Source: Candidatus Saccharimonadales bacterium (GTDB lineage Bacteria; Patescibacteriota; Saccharimonadia; QS-5-54-17). From it: DNA of 64,000 nucleotides. The translations under genes were made by a program, and so were the position numbers. Shown here piece after piece: positions 19,838 to 29,722 of this stretch; positions within the stretch are counted from its first letter, which is position 1; the number at the start of each line of letters is the position of its first letter. Below the pieces are notes generated by a model. That model saw nothing but the letters and a program-made list of their open reading frames with translations, had not been told where the DNA came from and made no database searches. The DNA is taken from contig JBBDUI010000002.1 of the NCBI GenBank assembly GCA_040903985.1, forward strand, positions 198,038 to 262,037. Reading direction: 5' to 3'.

Positions 19838-21766
19838 GTGCGTATAATAGAGACCATGAGTAAGGTTTATCTGGAAGTCACCCCTATCGGGAAAAAGGGC
19901 AAATCGACCCTGACCTACCACGCGGATAGTGCGGTAGCTGAGAACAGCTTGGTCAAAATCCCTTTTGGCAGCACTACAGCCTACGGTATGGTTACTGGCC
20001 GCACAGCTGCGCCGAACTTCACTACTAAGGCGATTACCGCTCTCATCGACCTGCCCCCTATCCCCGACCATACCCTACCGCTAGCTAAGTGGATCGCCAA
20101 CTACTACGCCAGCGAGTTAAGTGATGCGCTCCGCCTGCTAGTGCCGTCTCGTCCTGACATCACTAGCCGAACCACCGAGCTACAAACTGCCACTGACTCA
20201 CAGAATCACCACTTAACTACTGCCCAGTCACGAGTGATCAAAACAATCCTAGGTGGTAGCGAACGCTCCTGGCTATTGCACGGTGTCACTGGCTCCGGCA
20301 AGACGGCCGTCTACATCGAACTCTGTCGGCAGATGCTAGCGCAGGGCCAGTCGGCCATCGTGCTAGTACCAGAGATCGCTCTAGCTACTCAGGTCATAGC
20401 CGAGTTCGAACGTGAACTCGGTGGCCAAATCCTGATCACTCACTCCCGAATGACAGCCGCTCAGCGCCGCGCCGTCTGGCGTCAAGCCTTAACTGCTAAC
20501 GAACCGGTCACCATCATCGGTCCCCGCTCCAGCCTCTTTCTACCTCGCGCCGACCTCGGTCTAGTTATCATCGATGAATGCCACGAAAGCAGTTACAAAC
20601 AGGAGCAGTCACCCAACTATCACGCTCGAGATGTAGCCGCCAAGCTCTGTGAGCTAGTTGGAGCCAAGCTGGTACTCGGCTCGGCCACTCCCTCGACCCA
20701 AGACATCTTTCTCTCTCGGGCCGGACGACTACAGCTACTCGAGCTACCGGCTCCAATCCACTCTAACCCCCGCTATGTCGACATTATCGATATGCGCCAC
20801 CAAAACGCCATCCTCTCGCCGACCCTAGTAAGTGCTCTACGTGACAGCCTAAATAATCAACAGCAAAGTCTACTTTTCTTAAACCGACGCGGTAGTGCTT
20901 CTCAGGTACTCTGTGCCGACTGTGGCTCCGTGGCCACCTGTCCCGATTGCGCCGTACCTCAGACTTGGCACGGAGACAGCGGTACTCTGCAGTGTCACTG
21001 GTGTGGCCGGACCAATCAACTACCCGCCAGCTGCCCCGACTGTCGCAGCTTGCACTGGCGCTTTGTCGGCTTTGGTACTAAGCGAGTCGAAACCGAAGTT
21101 AAAAAACTTTTTCCCTCGGCCCGCGTCCTCAGGCTCGATCGTGATAGCTTCTCTCATAAGACGATTAAAGATACGATTAAGCTGCTGCGCCAAGGGGAGA
21201 TCGACATCCTAATCGGTACCCAGATGATTGCTAAGGGTCTCGATCTACCTCAAGTAGCCTTAGTCGGAGTGGTGTTAGCCGACACTCTACTGCACATCCC
21301 GGATATCTACTCTGGCGAGCGCACCTATCAGCTCCTGCACCAAGTCATCGGCCGGGCCGGCCGTCGGGCCGATCAACCGGCCCGGGTCGTCATCCAGACC
21401 TACTCCCCGGAGCACCCAGCTATCAAGCTAGCCTCTACCCAGCAATTCGACGAATTTATCGCTGGCGAACTGGTCGACCGCAAAAGCCTCGGCTACCCGC
21501 CCTATCGTTATGTCTTAAAGTTAACTTGCAAACGTAAGACTAGGGCCGGGGCTAAGAGTGCCGCTACCAAACTGGCCCGCACAATCGCCGCCGCTCATCC
21601 TAAAGTAGTTATCCGCGGGCCGGCCCCTTCCTGGCAGGAGACGGCCGGCGGCCACTGGTACTGGCATCTAATCATAACCAGCCCCCAGCGCCGCCAACTG
21701 AGCCAGATCGTCCCTACCCTACCTAGTAATTGGCGCGCCGACCTCGACCCCATCGACCTGCTCTAA
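19838..21766 (+). CDS. priA: primosomal protein N' (replication restart helicase PriA)
   Basis: Walker A GVTGSGKT, DEAH-like IIDECHE, and a 2xCxxC Zn-binding region (CADCG...CPDC...CHWCG...CPDC). Confidence 0.9.
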   Translation: MRIIETMSKVYLEVTPIGKKGKSTLTYHADSAVAENSLVKIPFGSTTAYGMVTGRTAAPNFTTKAITALIDLPPIPDHTLPLAKWIANYYASELSDALRLLVPSRPDITSRTTELQTATDSQNHHLTTAQSRVIKTILGGSERSWLLHGVTGSGKTAVYIELCRQMLAQGQSAIVLVPEIALATQVIAEFERELGGQILITHSRMTAAQRRAVWRQALTANEPVTIIGPRSSLFLPRADLGLVIIDECHESSYKQEQSPNYHARDVAAKLCELVGAKLVLGSATPSTQDIFLSRAGRLQLLELPAPIHSNPRYVDIIDMRHQNAILSPTLVSALRDSLNNQQQSLLFLNRRGSASQVLCADCGSVATCPDCAVPQTWHGDSGTLQCHWCGRTNQLPASCPDCRSLHWRFVGFGTKRVETEVKKLFPSARVLRLDRDSFSHKTIKDTIKLLRQGEIDILIGTQMIAKGLDLPQVALVGVVLADTLLHIPDIYSGERTYQLLHQVIGRAGRRADQPARVVIQTYSPEHPAIKLASTQQFDEFIAGELVDRKSLGYPPYRYVLKLTCKRKTRAGAKSAATKLARTIAAAHPKVVIRGPAPSWQETAGGHWYWHLIITSPQRRQLSQIVPTLPSNWRADLDPIDLL

Positions 21767-21796
21767 TCCTCACTTAGATATCCTTTTTTCCTAGCT

Positions 21797-21838
21797 GTAT
21801 TTTTATATTTACGATCGTAAATATAAAAATACAGTACA
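21797..21838. repeat. perfect palindrome GTATTTTTATATTTACGATCGTAAATATAAAAATAC (core TTACGATCGTAA) between priA and def
   Basis: The sequence is self-complementary. A related copy lies at 23463-23499. Confidence 0.7.
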
Positions 21839-22004
21839 TCGAGATGAAGTCCGAGTCTCTTGATCTACCACATAAATAGATTACCAGCCCTTGTAATTTA
21901 GAGTTGGGTTAAGATGGAGGTAGGTTTACTATTTGCGGTTAAGGCCGGTCTTACGGCTAAAGCACGGGCTTAACTCTCCGCCGCACCTCGGTTATACTTA
22001 ATCC

Positions 22005-22574
22005 ATGTCGAAGAGTGAAATCATCAGTGTACCAGATCCACGCCTACGGCAGCGCTCTAGCCGGGTCGGGGTTATCACCTCGGAAACGCTAGAAGTTATC
22101 GCTCGCATGGAGCACGCTACTCTAGAGTGGGAGGCCACTCGGAGCAGTGAGGTTGGGGTGGCTTTAGCGGCCGTACAGATTGGTGAATGTGAACGTATCG
22201 TCATCGTACGCCTCAATCCGGAAGATAAGCGCAGTCGGGAGTTTGAGGTCTTTATCAACCCTGAAATCACCAAGCGTGAAGGCGAAATCATCAGCGAAGC
22301 TGAAGGTTGCCTCAGTATTCCTGATACCTACGGACTGGTCCCCAGACACGAAATCGTACGAATTCGTGCCATCGGTGTCGACGGGCAGCCGGTCCGGCTG
22401 AAGGCCACCGGCTTTCTAGCCCGCGTCTTCCAGCATGAGATCGATCACCTTCACGGCAAACTATTCGTCGATCACGTAGCCCCCGATAATTTTTATAGGA
22501 TATTAGATGATGGCAAACTCGAACCGCTCCCGCCCGAGCAAGTCGACACCGCTCGCCTTCTTTGGCACCGCTGA
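22005..22574 (+). CDS. def: peptide deformylase
   Basis: GCLS, EGCLS-type and HEIDH motifs (EAEGCLSIP, QHEIDHLHG). Confidence 0.9.
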   Translation: MSKSEIISVPDPRLRQRSSRVGVITSETLEVIARMEHATLEWEATRSSEVGVALAAVQIGECERIVIVRLNPEDKRSREFEVFINPEITKREGEIISEAEGCLSIPDTYGLVPRHEIVRIRAIGVDGQPVRLKATGFLARVFQHEIDHLHGKLFVDHVAPDNFYRILDDGKLEPLPPEQVDTARLLWHR

Positions 22575-23454
22575 CTTCAGCGCCCCCAGCTTACGCGGCT
22601 TAATCACGGCCGGCTTTAACATAGCCGTAGTTATCACCAAGCCCGATACTCGCCAGGGCCGCGGACGTAGCTTAAGCCCACCGGCAGTTAAGACTATCGC
22701 ACTGGAGCATGACCTACCCCTCATCCAGCCACCTGATAAGGCAGCCCTCTCCGCTGCTCTCACCGATTTCACCGGTGTTACTACCGGCATAGTGGTCGCC
22801 TACGGTATGATATTGCCCCCGATCGTGCTCGACCACTTCTCTTCCGGTCTAGTCAATGTGCACGCCTCCTTGCTGCCGCGTTGGCGTGGCCCTTCACCGA
22901 TCGAAGCAGCCATCCTAGAGGGTGATACAGAGACCGGCGTCACCTTAATGAGCCTTGCTCCCGCCATGGACAGCGGGCCCATCTATACGCAAGCACATCT
23001 ACCGCTCAGTGACGCTGAGACCAAGCCCGAACTCTATAAATCACTAGCTGAACTCGGCAGCCAAGTCCTCACCCAAGCCTTACCAGACATTCTCGAGGGC
23101 GAACTTACCCCTGAACCCCAAGATGAAGCAGCCGTCACTTACTGTCCGTTAATACAAAAAAACGACGGTCTGATCGATTGGCAGCAACCGGCCGAACAAA
23201 TCGCTCGTCAGATCAGAGCTTACTTAGGCTGGCCCGGTAGCCGGACCGAGATCAATGCCACGACCGTAACTATTACGACCGCCCATCCCATAAACTTGAG
23301 CGGTGCGCCCGGTGAGTTCTTAGTGACGGAGACCGGAGAGCTACTCGTTTACTGCCAGACCGGTGCACTTATCATCGACCGTCTCATTCCGGCCGGTAAG
23401 CGCGAGATGAGCGGCCAGGACTTCGCCCGTGGTCACCTCACCCGCCCTATCTAA
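22507..23454 (+). CDS. fmt: methionyl-tRNA formyltransferase
   Basis: Formyltransferase N-terminal domain (FFGTADFS..., SLLPRWRGPSPI) and a C-terminal domain. The start may be a non-ATG codon downstream of the listed Met, because the listed ORF overlaps def. Confidence 0.85.
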   Translation: MMANSNRSRPSKSTPLAFFGTADFSAPSLRGLITAGFNIAVVITKPDTRQGRGRSLSPPAVKTIALEHDLPLIQPPDKAALSAALTDFTGVTTGIVVAYGMILPPIVLDHFSSGLVNVHASLLPRWRGPSPIEAAILEGDTETGVTLMSLAPAMDSGPIYTQAHLPLSDAETKPELYKSLAELGSQVLTQALPDILEGELTPEPQDEAAVTYCPLIQKNDGLIDWQQPAEQIARQIRAYLGWPGSRTEINATTVTITTAHPINLSGAPGEFLVTETGELLVYCQTGALIIDRLIPAGKREMSGQDFARGHLTRPI

Positions 23455-23462
23455 TCACTGCA

Positions 23463-23499
23463 CTCTACTCTTTTACTTACGATCGTAAATAAAAGAGTA
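23463..23499. repeat. near-perfect palindrome TACTCTTTTACTTACGATCGTAAATAAAAGAGTA (same TTACGATCGTAA core) downstream of fmt
   Basis: An inverted repeat with one mismatch. It shares its core with the 21797-21838 element and lies between convergent genes. Confidence 0.65.
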
Positions 23500-23564
23500 C
23501 TGAGCTTATGGCTTGTGTAAGTGATAATAGAGATGGAGTGGCCGTACTGGAGGACGAGGGCTAA

Positions 23565-23900
23565 CTACTGGGATGGCTTGTTAGCGTCGCTCTCGATAAC
23601 TTGCTTGATCTGCGCCGACTGCTGTTTCAATTCGCCCTTCAACTGCTCCAGTTCGCCCTGAACTACCTTAGGATAGTCAGGAAAGTTCTGACTCAGCCAC
23701 TGCAGCGCACCTTGCTCATCTTCCGAGTCGATAAATTGTTCAAACTCGTCCAGCTGGGCATCGCTCATCGCGTCAGCTAAGCGGGTACCGACTCGTAGCT
23801 CCAACTGTTCCCGAATCTGAGTAATCAGCAGATCTTTCTCCTCGAACGGTAGCTGCCCCAGACCGACCTCTTCTAATAATGCGTAATCGATTTTAAGCAT
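23565..23900 (-). CDS. hypothetical acidic coiled-coil-like protein
   Basis: 111-aa ORF with a good coding pattern and no recognisable motif. Confidence 0.4.
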   Translation of the reverse strand: MLKIDYALLEEVGLGQLPFEEKDLLITQIREQLELRVGTRLADAMSDAQLDEFEQFIDSEDEQGALQWLSQNFPDYPKVVQGELEQLKGELKQQSAQIKQVIESDANKPSQ

Positions 23901-23956
23901 AAGATACCCTTATATGAATTTAGTATAGCATTTTAACGCGTCAGGGCTAGAGAAAA

Positions 23957-24286
23957 CTAAGCGCTATCACCACGAGTTAAGCGATCAAGCTCCTGGGCGC
24001 GCTGGGCGCGTCGATCATGCCGTAGCTCGATCTGCGGTACTCGACGCAGTTCAGCCTCCTTCGTGACAGCACTACGCAGTCGACCCTGATGGGCGATGAC
24101 ACGGGCAAACAGCTGCTCGGACTCCGCGTCGTTTAAGATCGATATCCAGATCACGGCAAATTTGCCGTCACTGGTAATCTCGACCTCACTCACGGTGACA
24201 TGTTCCCGGGGAAACAGCTGTTGCAACTCACGGGCTACGCCACGGTGAATGCTCGAACTTAGCCGTTCGGCCCGTCGGCTCGACAC
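23957..24286 (-). CDS. rbfA: ribosome-binding factor A
   Basis: About 110-aa KH-like RbfA, directly downstream of infB in the conserved infB-rbfA order. Confidence 0.75.
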   Translation of the reverse strand: MSSRRAERLSSSIHRGVARELQQLFPREHVTVSEVEITSDGKFAVIWISILNDAESEQLFARVIAHQGRLRSAVTKEAELRRVPQIELRHDRRAQRAQELDRLTRGDSA

Positions 24287-26040
24287 TACAAGCTCCGCTG
24301 GTGTGAAGTCCGGGTGAAGAACTCGAGCACATCGCCCTCGGCTAGTTTAACCTTCTGTCGAGTAGCGATACTGACTCCGCACATCTCACCTTGCACGATC
24401 TCCTTAGCCGCCTGTTGTTCTCGCTGCAGAGCCGAAACCGTACCGATCTCTTCCCCGTCAGCAATCCGTACCAGTAGATCAGGCGTCAGCTTGCCACGGG
24501 TCACTTCCCCACCGCAGATAGTCTCTTTCTGAGCCGTCTTAAACACGCCTTTAACCTTCAGCGCACCCATCTCTTCTTCAATAATCTCCGGTGCCAGGAG
24601 AGCGGTTAGATCCTCTCGCAGATCATCTAATAGTTCATAGATCACAGAATAAAGCTTGATCTCGACCCCGGCCTGCAGCGCTAACTGCTTGATACGGTTC
24701 GGTACACTGACATTAAAACCGAGAATACGTGCGCCTGAAGATTCAGCCAAAGTTACATCTGACTCGGAGATCGGACCGACTCCGGTACTCACGATCTCTG
24801 GCCGCACCTCGGCCGTCTTCAGCAGCTCAATACTCTGCCGTACCGAGGATAAGCTCCCATCGACATCGGCTTTGAGTAAGATCGGAATCGTACTGGCTTG
24901 ACCGGCCGTCATCGCCGCTGTCATCGCATCGGCCTGAGTAATGCTACTGGTACTGGCCAGGCTGCTACTGGCAGCATCTGCTGCTGTCCGGGCGGCCTTC
25001 TCATCGCTCACCTCATATACAAAAGCGCCTAAATGCGGTGGCGTCTTCCAGCCCGAAACCGCTACCGGCTGCGAGGGAGTGGCGCGCTTAATACGCGTAC
25101 CGGTGTAATCTTCCAGACTACGCACCTTACCATAAACATCGCCAGCCACGATAAAGTCACCGATATCGAGCTGACCGTGCTGGACTAAAACGGTCGCCAC
25201 CGCTCCTTTACCGGTAATCATCTGTGCCTCGATCACAGTACCCTCCATCGGCCCCTTACCGCGGGCCCTTAGATCTTCCATGTCCGCGACCAAGATCACC
25301 ATATCTAATAATTTATCCAGGTTCTGTTTGCGTTCGGCCGAGATGTCGACCACTACGGTTTCGCCGCCCCACTCCTCCGGAATCAAGTTTTTGTCGGCCA
25401 GCTGCTGGCGGATTCGCGCTGGATCGGCCTCTGGTTTGTCAATCTTATTGACCGCTACTACTATCCGTACTCCGGCCTCTTGGGCATAACGGATCGCCTC
25501 TTCGGTCTGGGGCTTTATGCCGTCATCGGCCGCGATAACGATGATCGCTACATCGGTCAATCTAGCTCCATGCTCTCGTAAGATCGAGAAGGCTTCATGC
25601 CCGGGTGTATCGAGAAAGGTGAGCGTCCGGTCGTTATGTACCGTCTGATAAGCACTGATGTGCTGCGTAATGCCGCCAGCCTCACCGGCTGCGACATTAC
25701 TGTTGCGCAAGCCGTCAAGCAGAGTGGTTTTGCCGTGGTCGACATGACCCATCACCGCTATTACTGGCGGACGGGGCTCACCTACACCGGCCTCGAGTAC
25801 GCTTAACTGCGGACCGGCTGGCTCCCGCTTACTAGGTGCTGTATCGCTCGAATCCTCACTCAGCTCCACCCCAAGCTCGCTAGCTACGATTTCGGCCGTC
25901 TCAAAATCAAGCGTGTCGTTAAGCTGCGCTAAAATGCCGCTCTTCATTAGTTCGCCGACTACTGTCGCGGGCTCCACACCGATAGCGGTAGCTAACTCAC
26001 TAACTGTAATCGGAGTTGAAATTGCTACTGTCTTATCCAT
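24286..26040 (-). CDS. infB: translation initiation factor IF-2 (short form lacking the N-terminal extension)
   Basis: G-domain motifs [15 protein letters not shown] and NKID, and a C-terminal fMet-tRNA-binding domain. 584 aa. Confidence 0.9.
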   Translation of the reverse strand: MDKTVAISTPITVSELATAIGVEPATVVGELMKSGILAQLNDTLDFETAEIVASELGVELSEDSSDTAPSKREPAGPQLSVLEAGVGEPRPPVIAVMGHVDHGKTTLLDGLRNSNVAAGEAGGITQHISAYQTVHNDRTLTFLDTPGHEAFSILREHGARLTDVAIIVIAADDGIKPQTEEAIRYAQEAGVRIVVAVNKIDKPEADPARIRQQLADKNLIPEEWGGETVVVDISAERKQNLDKLLDMVILVADMEDLRARGKGPMEGTVIEAQMITGKGAVATVLVQHGQLDIGDFIVAGDVYGKVRSLEDYTGTRIKRATPSQPVAVSGWKTPPHLGAFVYEVSDEKAARTAADAASSSLASTSSITQADAMTAAMTAGQASTIPILLKADVDGSLSSVRQSIELLKTAEVRPEIVSTGVGPISESDVTLAESSGARILGFNVSVPNRIKQLALQAGVEIKLYSVIYELLDDLREDLTALLAPEIIEEEMGALKVKGVFKTAQKETICGGEVTRGKLTPDLLVRIADGEEIGTVSALQREQQAAKEIVQGEMCGVSIATRQKVKLAEGDVLEFFTRTSHQRSL

Positions 26041-26139
26041 GGTGGTTACCTCTTAATCGTTAAACTACTGCTGGCGGCCGCTCGACCAGGCTGGCCATCC
26101 GAGCTGTATCCTGGCTATCGGGATACAGCTCAGCTCTCG

Positions 26140-27186
26140 CTACTTGGGAGTACTTAAAGAGATCTTCCGTAAGTCGGTGTCGATATCGATGATGCGGAAC
26201 TTTTGGCTCTCGCCCACCTTAAAGTGCTCGGCTGGATCGGCTCCTTCACCGAGCTCGGAGACGTGGACTAACGCCTCGATCGCCGGAGCGATCTGGATGA
26301 AGGCTCCAAACGGAGTTACCCGTGTAATCGTGCCCTCCACCTCTTGACCGGGCTTATAGTCCTTGATCTGCTCCAGCCATGGGTCTTCTTGGAGCTGCTT
26401 CATCGAAAGGCTTAGCTTCTCACCATCAATAGCGATGACTTTAGCCTCAACCTCGTCACCCTGACTAACGTAATCGGCCGGGTTAGCTACTCGATCCCAA
26501 GAAATCTCAGAGATGTGGATCAAACCTTCGATGCCCTCGGTACTGACGAAGATACCGAAATCGACTGTGCCGGTCACAGTACCTTTCACGACATCTCCAA
26601 CGTTAAGCTTCTCTAGCCGCTGCTTAGTCTCTTCCCGTTTGGCAGCTTTCTCAGACAGAATCAGCTTGTTCTCCTCCCGGTTTAGGTCGAGAATACGCAC
26701 GTTCAGCGTCTCCCGAGTCAACTCGTTTAACTTCTGCAGTATCTGGTCCTTGTCGGCATTACTAACCCGTGGATAGTGTTTAGCTGACAGTTGCGATACT
26801 GGCAGGAAGCCCCGAATACCTTCCACCTCGACCAGTAGACCGCCGCGGTTAGCGTCGTAGGCGCTTACCTCAAACATCTCCCCGTCGTCGAAGTATTTTT
26901 GCAGGATATCCCAGCCCTTTTCTTTTGCTACCTTCTTAAGGCTCAGAATAGCGAAGCCATAGTCTGAGTCGGGCTCGATCACGCTTGCGCTGATCGTATC
27001 CCCTTCTTTGAGGCCGTGATTCGGGTTTAACTCCCGTCGCGCCACCAGCCCCAGACCGTAAGGTCCCATATCGAGCCAGATCTCGCGTTTGTGCGCCGTT
27101 ACTACGGTGCCTTCTATGATCGCACCGGCCTCCAGTGCTATAAGCGGATGAGCCTCTAGCAGCTCGTCCATCGTTAGTTTAGACAT
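26140..27186 (-). CDS. rpsA: 30S ribosomal protein S1-like protein (four S1 domains)
   Basis: Repeated S1 OB-fold motifs (G.V.G.V..I...G.FV.I). Confidence 0.7.
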   Translation of the reverse strand: MSKLTMDELLEAHPLIALEAGAIIEGTVVTAHKREIWLDMGPYGLGLVARRELNPNHGLKEGDTISASVIEPDSDYGFAILSLKKVAKEKGWDILQKYFDDGEMFEVSAYDANRGGLLVEVEGIRGFLPVSQLSAKHYPRVSNADKDQILQKLNELTRETLNVRILDLNREENKLILSEKAAKREETKQRLEKLNVGDVVKGTVTGTVDFGIFVSTEGIEGLIHISEISWDRVANPADYVSQGDEVEAKVIAIDGEKLSLSMKQLQEDPWLEQIKDYKPGQEVEGTITRVTPFGAFIQIAPAIEALVHVSELGEGADPAEHFKVGESQKFRIIDIDTDLRKISLSTPK

Positions 27187-27463
27187 TATAAATGTCCTCC
27201 TTCATGTCGTATCGATTTCCTATTGCTGCTGGAGTAGTTGTGCTAGTAGTTTAGACTCACGCGAACGCTTAAATCAGTCATCGCTACTGAGTCGTCTCAT
27301 CACACACAACCGCCCGTTAACGGCAAAGGATTACCCTTATTTATAAAGCAATTCACTCAAGGAGTAAAGGGGTGAGCTAAATAGCTACAGCTAAGAGCGG
27401 GCGATTACGGCTACTTAGGCATAAATCGTCTGCAGCTGCTTGCGTCTGGCAGGAGTAGAGCCC

Positions 27464-27958
27464 CTATACCTGCAGACGAACGGCTACCATCTCTCGGCGA
27501 CTGCGACGGTAGAGATAAGCACTAGCTCCGAGTAGACCCAGGGCGATGGCCGGTGTAGCCGGGCCAGTCTGGGCTAATTCATTTGGAAGCGCATCGGCCG
27601 TTTCAGTTGTACTCTCGCCGACAGTTTCATCTTCATCAGCAGCTACCGTAGCTTCACTGTTTTCGTTGTTATTCTCTGCACCTTCGCCGGTGGCTGCCAC
27701 CGGATCCGAAGTGTTCGGTGCGGTCTCTTGCGTAATCTGCGTACCGTTAGTGTCGGTATCACCATCCTCAGTCTCACCATAGACAAAGACAGCTGCGATG
27801 AGACCCGCGATTAAAACTAGCCCGATAGCCAGTAAAACACTGCGGTTCACGCTGTTTAAGTAGTTGCGTACATTACTGAATCTATCCATATCTATCTCCT
27901 CACTGATTGAATTGCTTACCTTGATTATAGTACGGTAGCGCCAGACGAGCAATACCAT
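27464..27958 (-). CDS. small acidic surface protein with a C-terminal LAxTG-type sortase sorting signal
   Basis: An N-terminal TM or signal segment (likely start MDRFSNVRNYL...LLAIGLVLIAGLIAAVFV), an acidic Thr/Glu/Asp-rich middle, and a C-terminal LAQTG followed by a hydrophobic stretch and an RRSRRE tail. Confidence 0.5.
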   Translation of the reverse strand: MVLLVWRYRTIIKVSNSISEEIDMDRFSNVRNYLNSVNRSVLLAIGLVLIAGLIAAVFVYGETEDGDTDTNGTQITQETAPNTSDPVAATGEGAENNNENSEATVAADEDETVGESTTETADALPNELAQTGPATPAIALGLLGASAYLYRRSRREMVAVRLQV

Positions 27959-28010
27959 AAACTTGTCAGGAGTTGAAATTAACTGTCCTATGTAGCATTA
28001 ACTTGCGACC

Positions 28011-28841
28011 GTGAGCCCGATGCTTGATACTAGTCATATGTATATCGGCGTAGACATCGGAGCCAGCAAGACCCTAGTAGCCAGTTTTTCCGCGCCCGAG
28101 AGTATGCTTGAGTCGGAAAAGTTTAAGACTCCAACCGAGCCGGGTCAGCTCATAACTAGTGTCTTTGAAACTATCGCTAAGTTAGCTGGCGGAACCGCCG
28201 TAAATGGTCTCGGTATCGCTGTGCCTGGCTACTACCATGATGGGTTGTTCACTAACACCACCACACTTAACTGGCAGTCCGTGCCTCTGCACGATATGGT
28301 CAAATCTCACTGTAGCTACCCCTTTAAAATTGCCAACGACGCCGTTCTCGGTGGCCTAGCTGAAGCCCGAATCGGTCACGGTCAGGATTGCATAAATCTG
28401 TTATACATTACCATCAGCACCGGCGTCGGTACCAGTATCATTATCGACGGGCAGATCCCGGAGTTCATACCCGGCAGTGAAGGTGGCCACATGATAGCTA
28501 ATCGTGGTGAAAAGCCCCAAACTTGGGAGGAACTTATCAGCGGTACCGCCTTCAAGCGACGTTTCGGTAAGTTTGGCTACGAAGTTAGCGATCCTGCTAT
28601 CTGGGACACTTACGCTAGTGATCTAGCTAGCTGTATCTACAATATGGCCGCTCTCATCGAGCCCAATCGAGTAGTCCTAAGCGGCGGCATGGCCGTCCAC
28701 TTCGACCGCTTCCAGGCAGCGCTGAACACTCATCTAGCCGCTCTGCACGACGGCGTCTTCCCTCTACCCGAAGTTAAAGTCGCTAAGTACCCTGAGCTAG
28801 CACCGGTTTACGGATGCGCTATAATAGCAGGAGAGGCCTAA
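28011..28841 (+). CDS. ROK-family sugar kinase (glucokinase-like)
   Basis: N-terminal ATP-binding motif IGVDIGASKT, the ROK signature, and an actin-like fold. Confidence 0.75.
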   Translation: MSPMLDTSHMYIGVDIGASKTLVASFSAPESMLESEKFKTPTEPGQLITSVFETIAKLAGGTAVNGLGIAVPGYYHDGLFTNTTTLNWQSVPLHDMVKSHCSYPFKIANDAVLGGLAEARIGHGQDCINLLYITISTGVGTSIIIDGQIPEFIPGSEGGHMIANRGEKPQTWEELISGTAFKRRFGKFGYEVSDPAIWDTYASDLASCIYNMAALIEPNRVVLSGGMAVHFDRFQAALNTHLAALHDGVFPLPEVKVAKYPELAPVYGCAIIAGEA

Positions 28842-28847
28842 CACCCA

Positions 28848-29315
28848 ATGAACGAGATCATACTCCACTACCCCAGACTTACCTTCACTAGCGGTAACCA
28901 GTTTGTCTGGTCGCCGGGGCGCCGTACCGTGTTCTATGACGAGACCGAGTTTGACACCGCCCGCGGTCGCCTCGCCTTGCTGCACGAGATCGGCCACGCC
29001 GAACTCGACCACCAGGACTACCACTCAGATCTAAACCTACTCAATATGGAGATGGAGGCATGGGAATACGCCGTCTCTAAAGCCATCGAATTCGGCGTAG
29101 CGGTAGATGAGGCCCACATCGACCGTTGTCTAGAGACCTACCGGGTCTGGCTCTACAAGCGCTCCCGCTGTCCAGAGTGTGACTTTCACGGCATTCAGCT
29201 CGACCCCAAGCATTACCGCTGCTTTATGTGTCGACACACTTGGCAGGTCGCCCGCACTCTCAGCCTGCAACCTAACCGCTCCCACTGCCGCCCCTGTCAA
29301 GTTCCAGCGCTTTAA
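28848..29315 (+). CDS. HExxH zinc-metallopeptidase-like protein (ImmA/IrrE-like) with a C-terminal double CxxC zinc ribbon
   Basis: LLHEIGHAELDH, and C-terminally CPECDFHG...CFMCRH...CRPC. Confidence 0.5.
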   Translation: MNEIILHYPRLTFTSGNQFVWSPGRRTVFYDETEFDTARGRLALLHEIGHAELDHQDYHSDLNLLNMEMEAWEYAVSKAIEFGVAVDEAHIDRCLETYRVWLYKRSRCPECDFHGIQLDPKHYRCFMCRHTWQVARTLSLQPNRSHCRPCQVPAL

Positions 29316-29518
29316 CCACTGCTCACTTCTCCGATCGGTCTTAGTCAGACTCGCCAATTTATCCAGCTAACTACCATTACTAATAATTATGTACTCAACC
29401 GCAGTTCAAGCTAATAGCCTGAACTACTATTTAGACCAGCTCAAACACTAGGCTCGCCCTAGCAAAGAAAACGACCCCGAAATTCGGGGTCGTTTCTCTA
29501 AGCTATCAGGAACTGCGC

Positions 29519-29722
29519 TTAGGCAGCGACCTTAGCTTTACCACGCCGTGAGCGCTTACCGCCCAGGGCTCCGGCCTTACGGGCCAGTTCGCGGTTAGCG
29601 GCAAATCCGCCGCCGCGACTGATACGACCACCAGCCTGTCCGATCCGGGCGTAAAAGTCCGCTCCATGTCGTTGCTTGTTAGTTTGGGCAGCGCGTACGC
29701 CGCCGTTTTTAGTTCCTGCCAT
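29519..29722 (-). CDS. KGG-repeat general stress protein-like small basic protein
   Basis: 67-aa Gly/Arg/Lys-rich protein with repeated ...GG..R...GGK/RGG... motifs, like YciG/KGG stress proteins. Confidence 0.45.
   Translation of the reverse strand: MAGTKNGGVRAAQTNKQRHGADFYARIGQAGGRISRGGGFAANRELARKAGALGGKRSRRGKAKVAA

Noticed and set aside
19736-20071. 111-aa minus-strand ORF overlapping the priA start
   Set aside because: It overlaps the priA 5' region and promoter, has no motifs, and is likely spurious.
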